The position numbers and the translations under genes were made by a program. Positions 63,277 to 64,000 of a DNA stretch of 64,000 bases are shown piece by piece. The notes under the pieces were generated by a model. The model searched no databases. It was given only the letters and a program-made list of their open reading frames with translations, and was not told where the DNA came from. The DNA is from Mizuhopecten yessoensis. Taxonomy: Eukaryota. The DNA is taken from the NCBI RefSeq assembly GCF_002113885.1, contig NW_018408902.1, positions 2,329,490-2,393,489 on the forward strand. The letters are read 5' to 3'. The first letter of the stretch is position 1; each line of letters starts with the position of its first letter.

Positions 63277-64000
63277 CTGTGAAGTGAAACAAACGAAACT
63301 AAGGAGGTGAAATTCAAAATTTGTGTTAGCTTACAAATCATATTCAACAATCGTATGAATTATTAATAGCTTACAAAGTTTTGATTAACATTGTTATTAA
63401 TGAACTTAATTTGAGCTGTAATGGAACAATTTAAACACTGGCTTTGTTTAATACCTCAAAGTTGAATTAAAACCACAGGAACAGTGAACAAAAGACAAGT
63501 TTTTGTGTTACCATCTTGTTCTTGGCTTACACTACCAAAGCGAGAGAACAATATTTTACACAGAAAGATAATTTGGGTACCTGTTCTCATCATTTGGTGC
63601 ATAGCTCTTTTAGTGAAAATAGCAAAGTTCTGAATCACAACCACTATGTAGGTAAGGGAGACAACTACAGGGGAGACAATCGTGATAAGGTATGCAACAC
63701 AGTGTGATATTAAAGGTATGCAACACAGTATGTGTTTGGCCACTATATTTTTTATCATATTTGCCACAACACATGTGACCTCTAGTATAGGCCCTGAATG
63801 ACTGTTAAGCCTCTAAATGACCTCTAGGCCCAAGTTATTTCTTTCTGGATGACTCTTAAATTAAAATATTCATATGCTTCCAACAAGCTCTTGAGTTACA
63901 TCCAGACCTGAATGAACTCCAGATCTGGGTGGCCTCTGGGCCTCTATTGGTAGTACTTATGAAACAACTGGATTGTCACAGAAAAGTTGGACAAAATACT

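Overview
AT-rich eukaryotic genomic DNA; the SINE and Helentron-like repeats suggest a bivalve mollusc (inference). I reconstructed three spliced genes by hand, all on the minus strand with consistent exon phases. (1) A 3'-truncated secreted protein made of phase-1 Cys/Trp modules (374-6193; probable non-coding first exon near 7378-7420; one GC-AG intron). (2) A complete 14-exon NEK11-type NIMA kinase (14464-34921, 667 aa) whose last intron looks U12-type. (3) The 3' part of an ITCH/WWP1/Su(dx)-type WW-HECT E3 ligase (44440-63276), with a probable 54-nt PPxY cassette exon and an intronic antisense tRNA-Thr(UGU). The rest is a decayed Tc1-like transposase, SINEs, MITEs, Helentron-like elements, minisatellites and one N gap. 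The main pattern is that at least four tandem arrays are amplified copies of a real exon-intron junction. Donor copies run downstream of the true donor and acceptor copies run upstream of the true acceptor. One array is a stop-free, in-frame ladder of 17 acceptors (45-bp unit) inside the NEK11 kinase domain. One carries its own anti-donor hairpin. One has an inverted copy two exons away. No expression data were available, so all splicing consequences are predictions.
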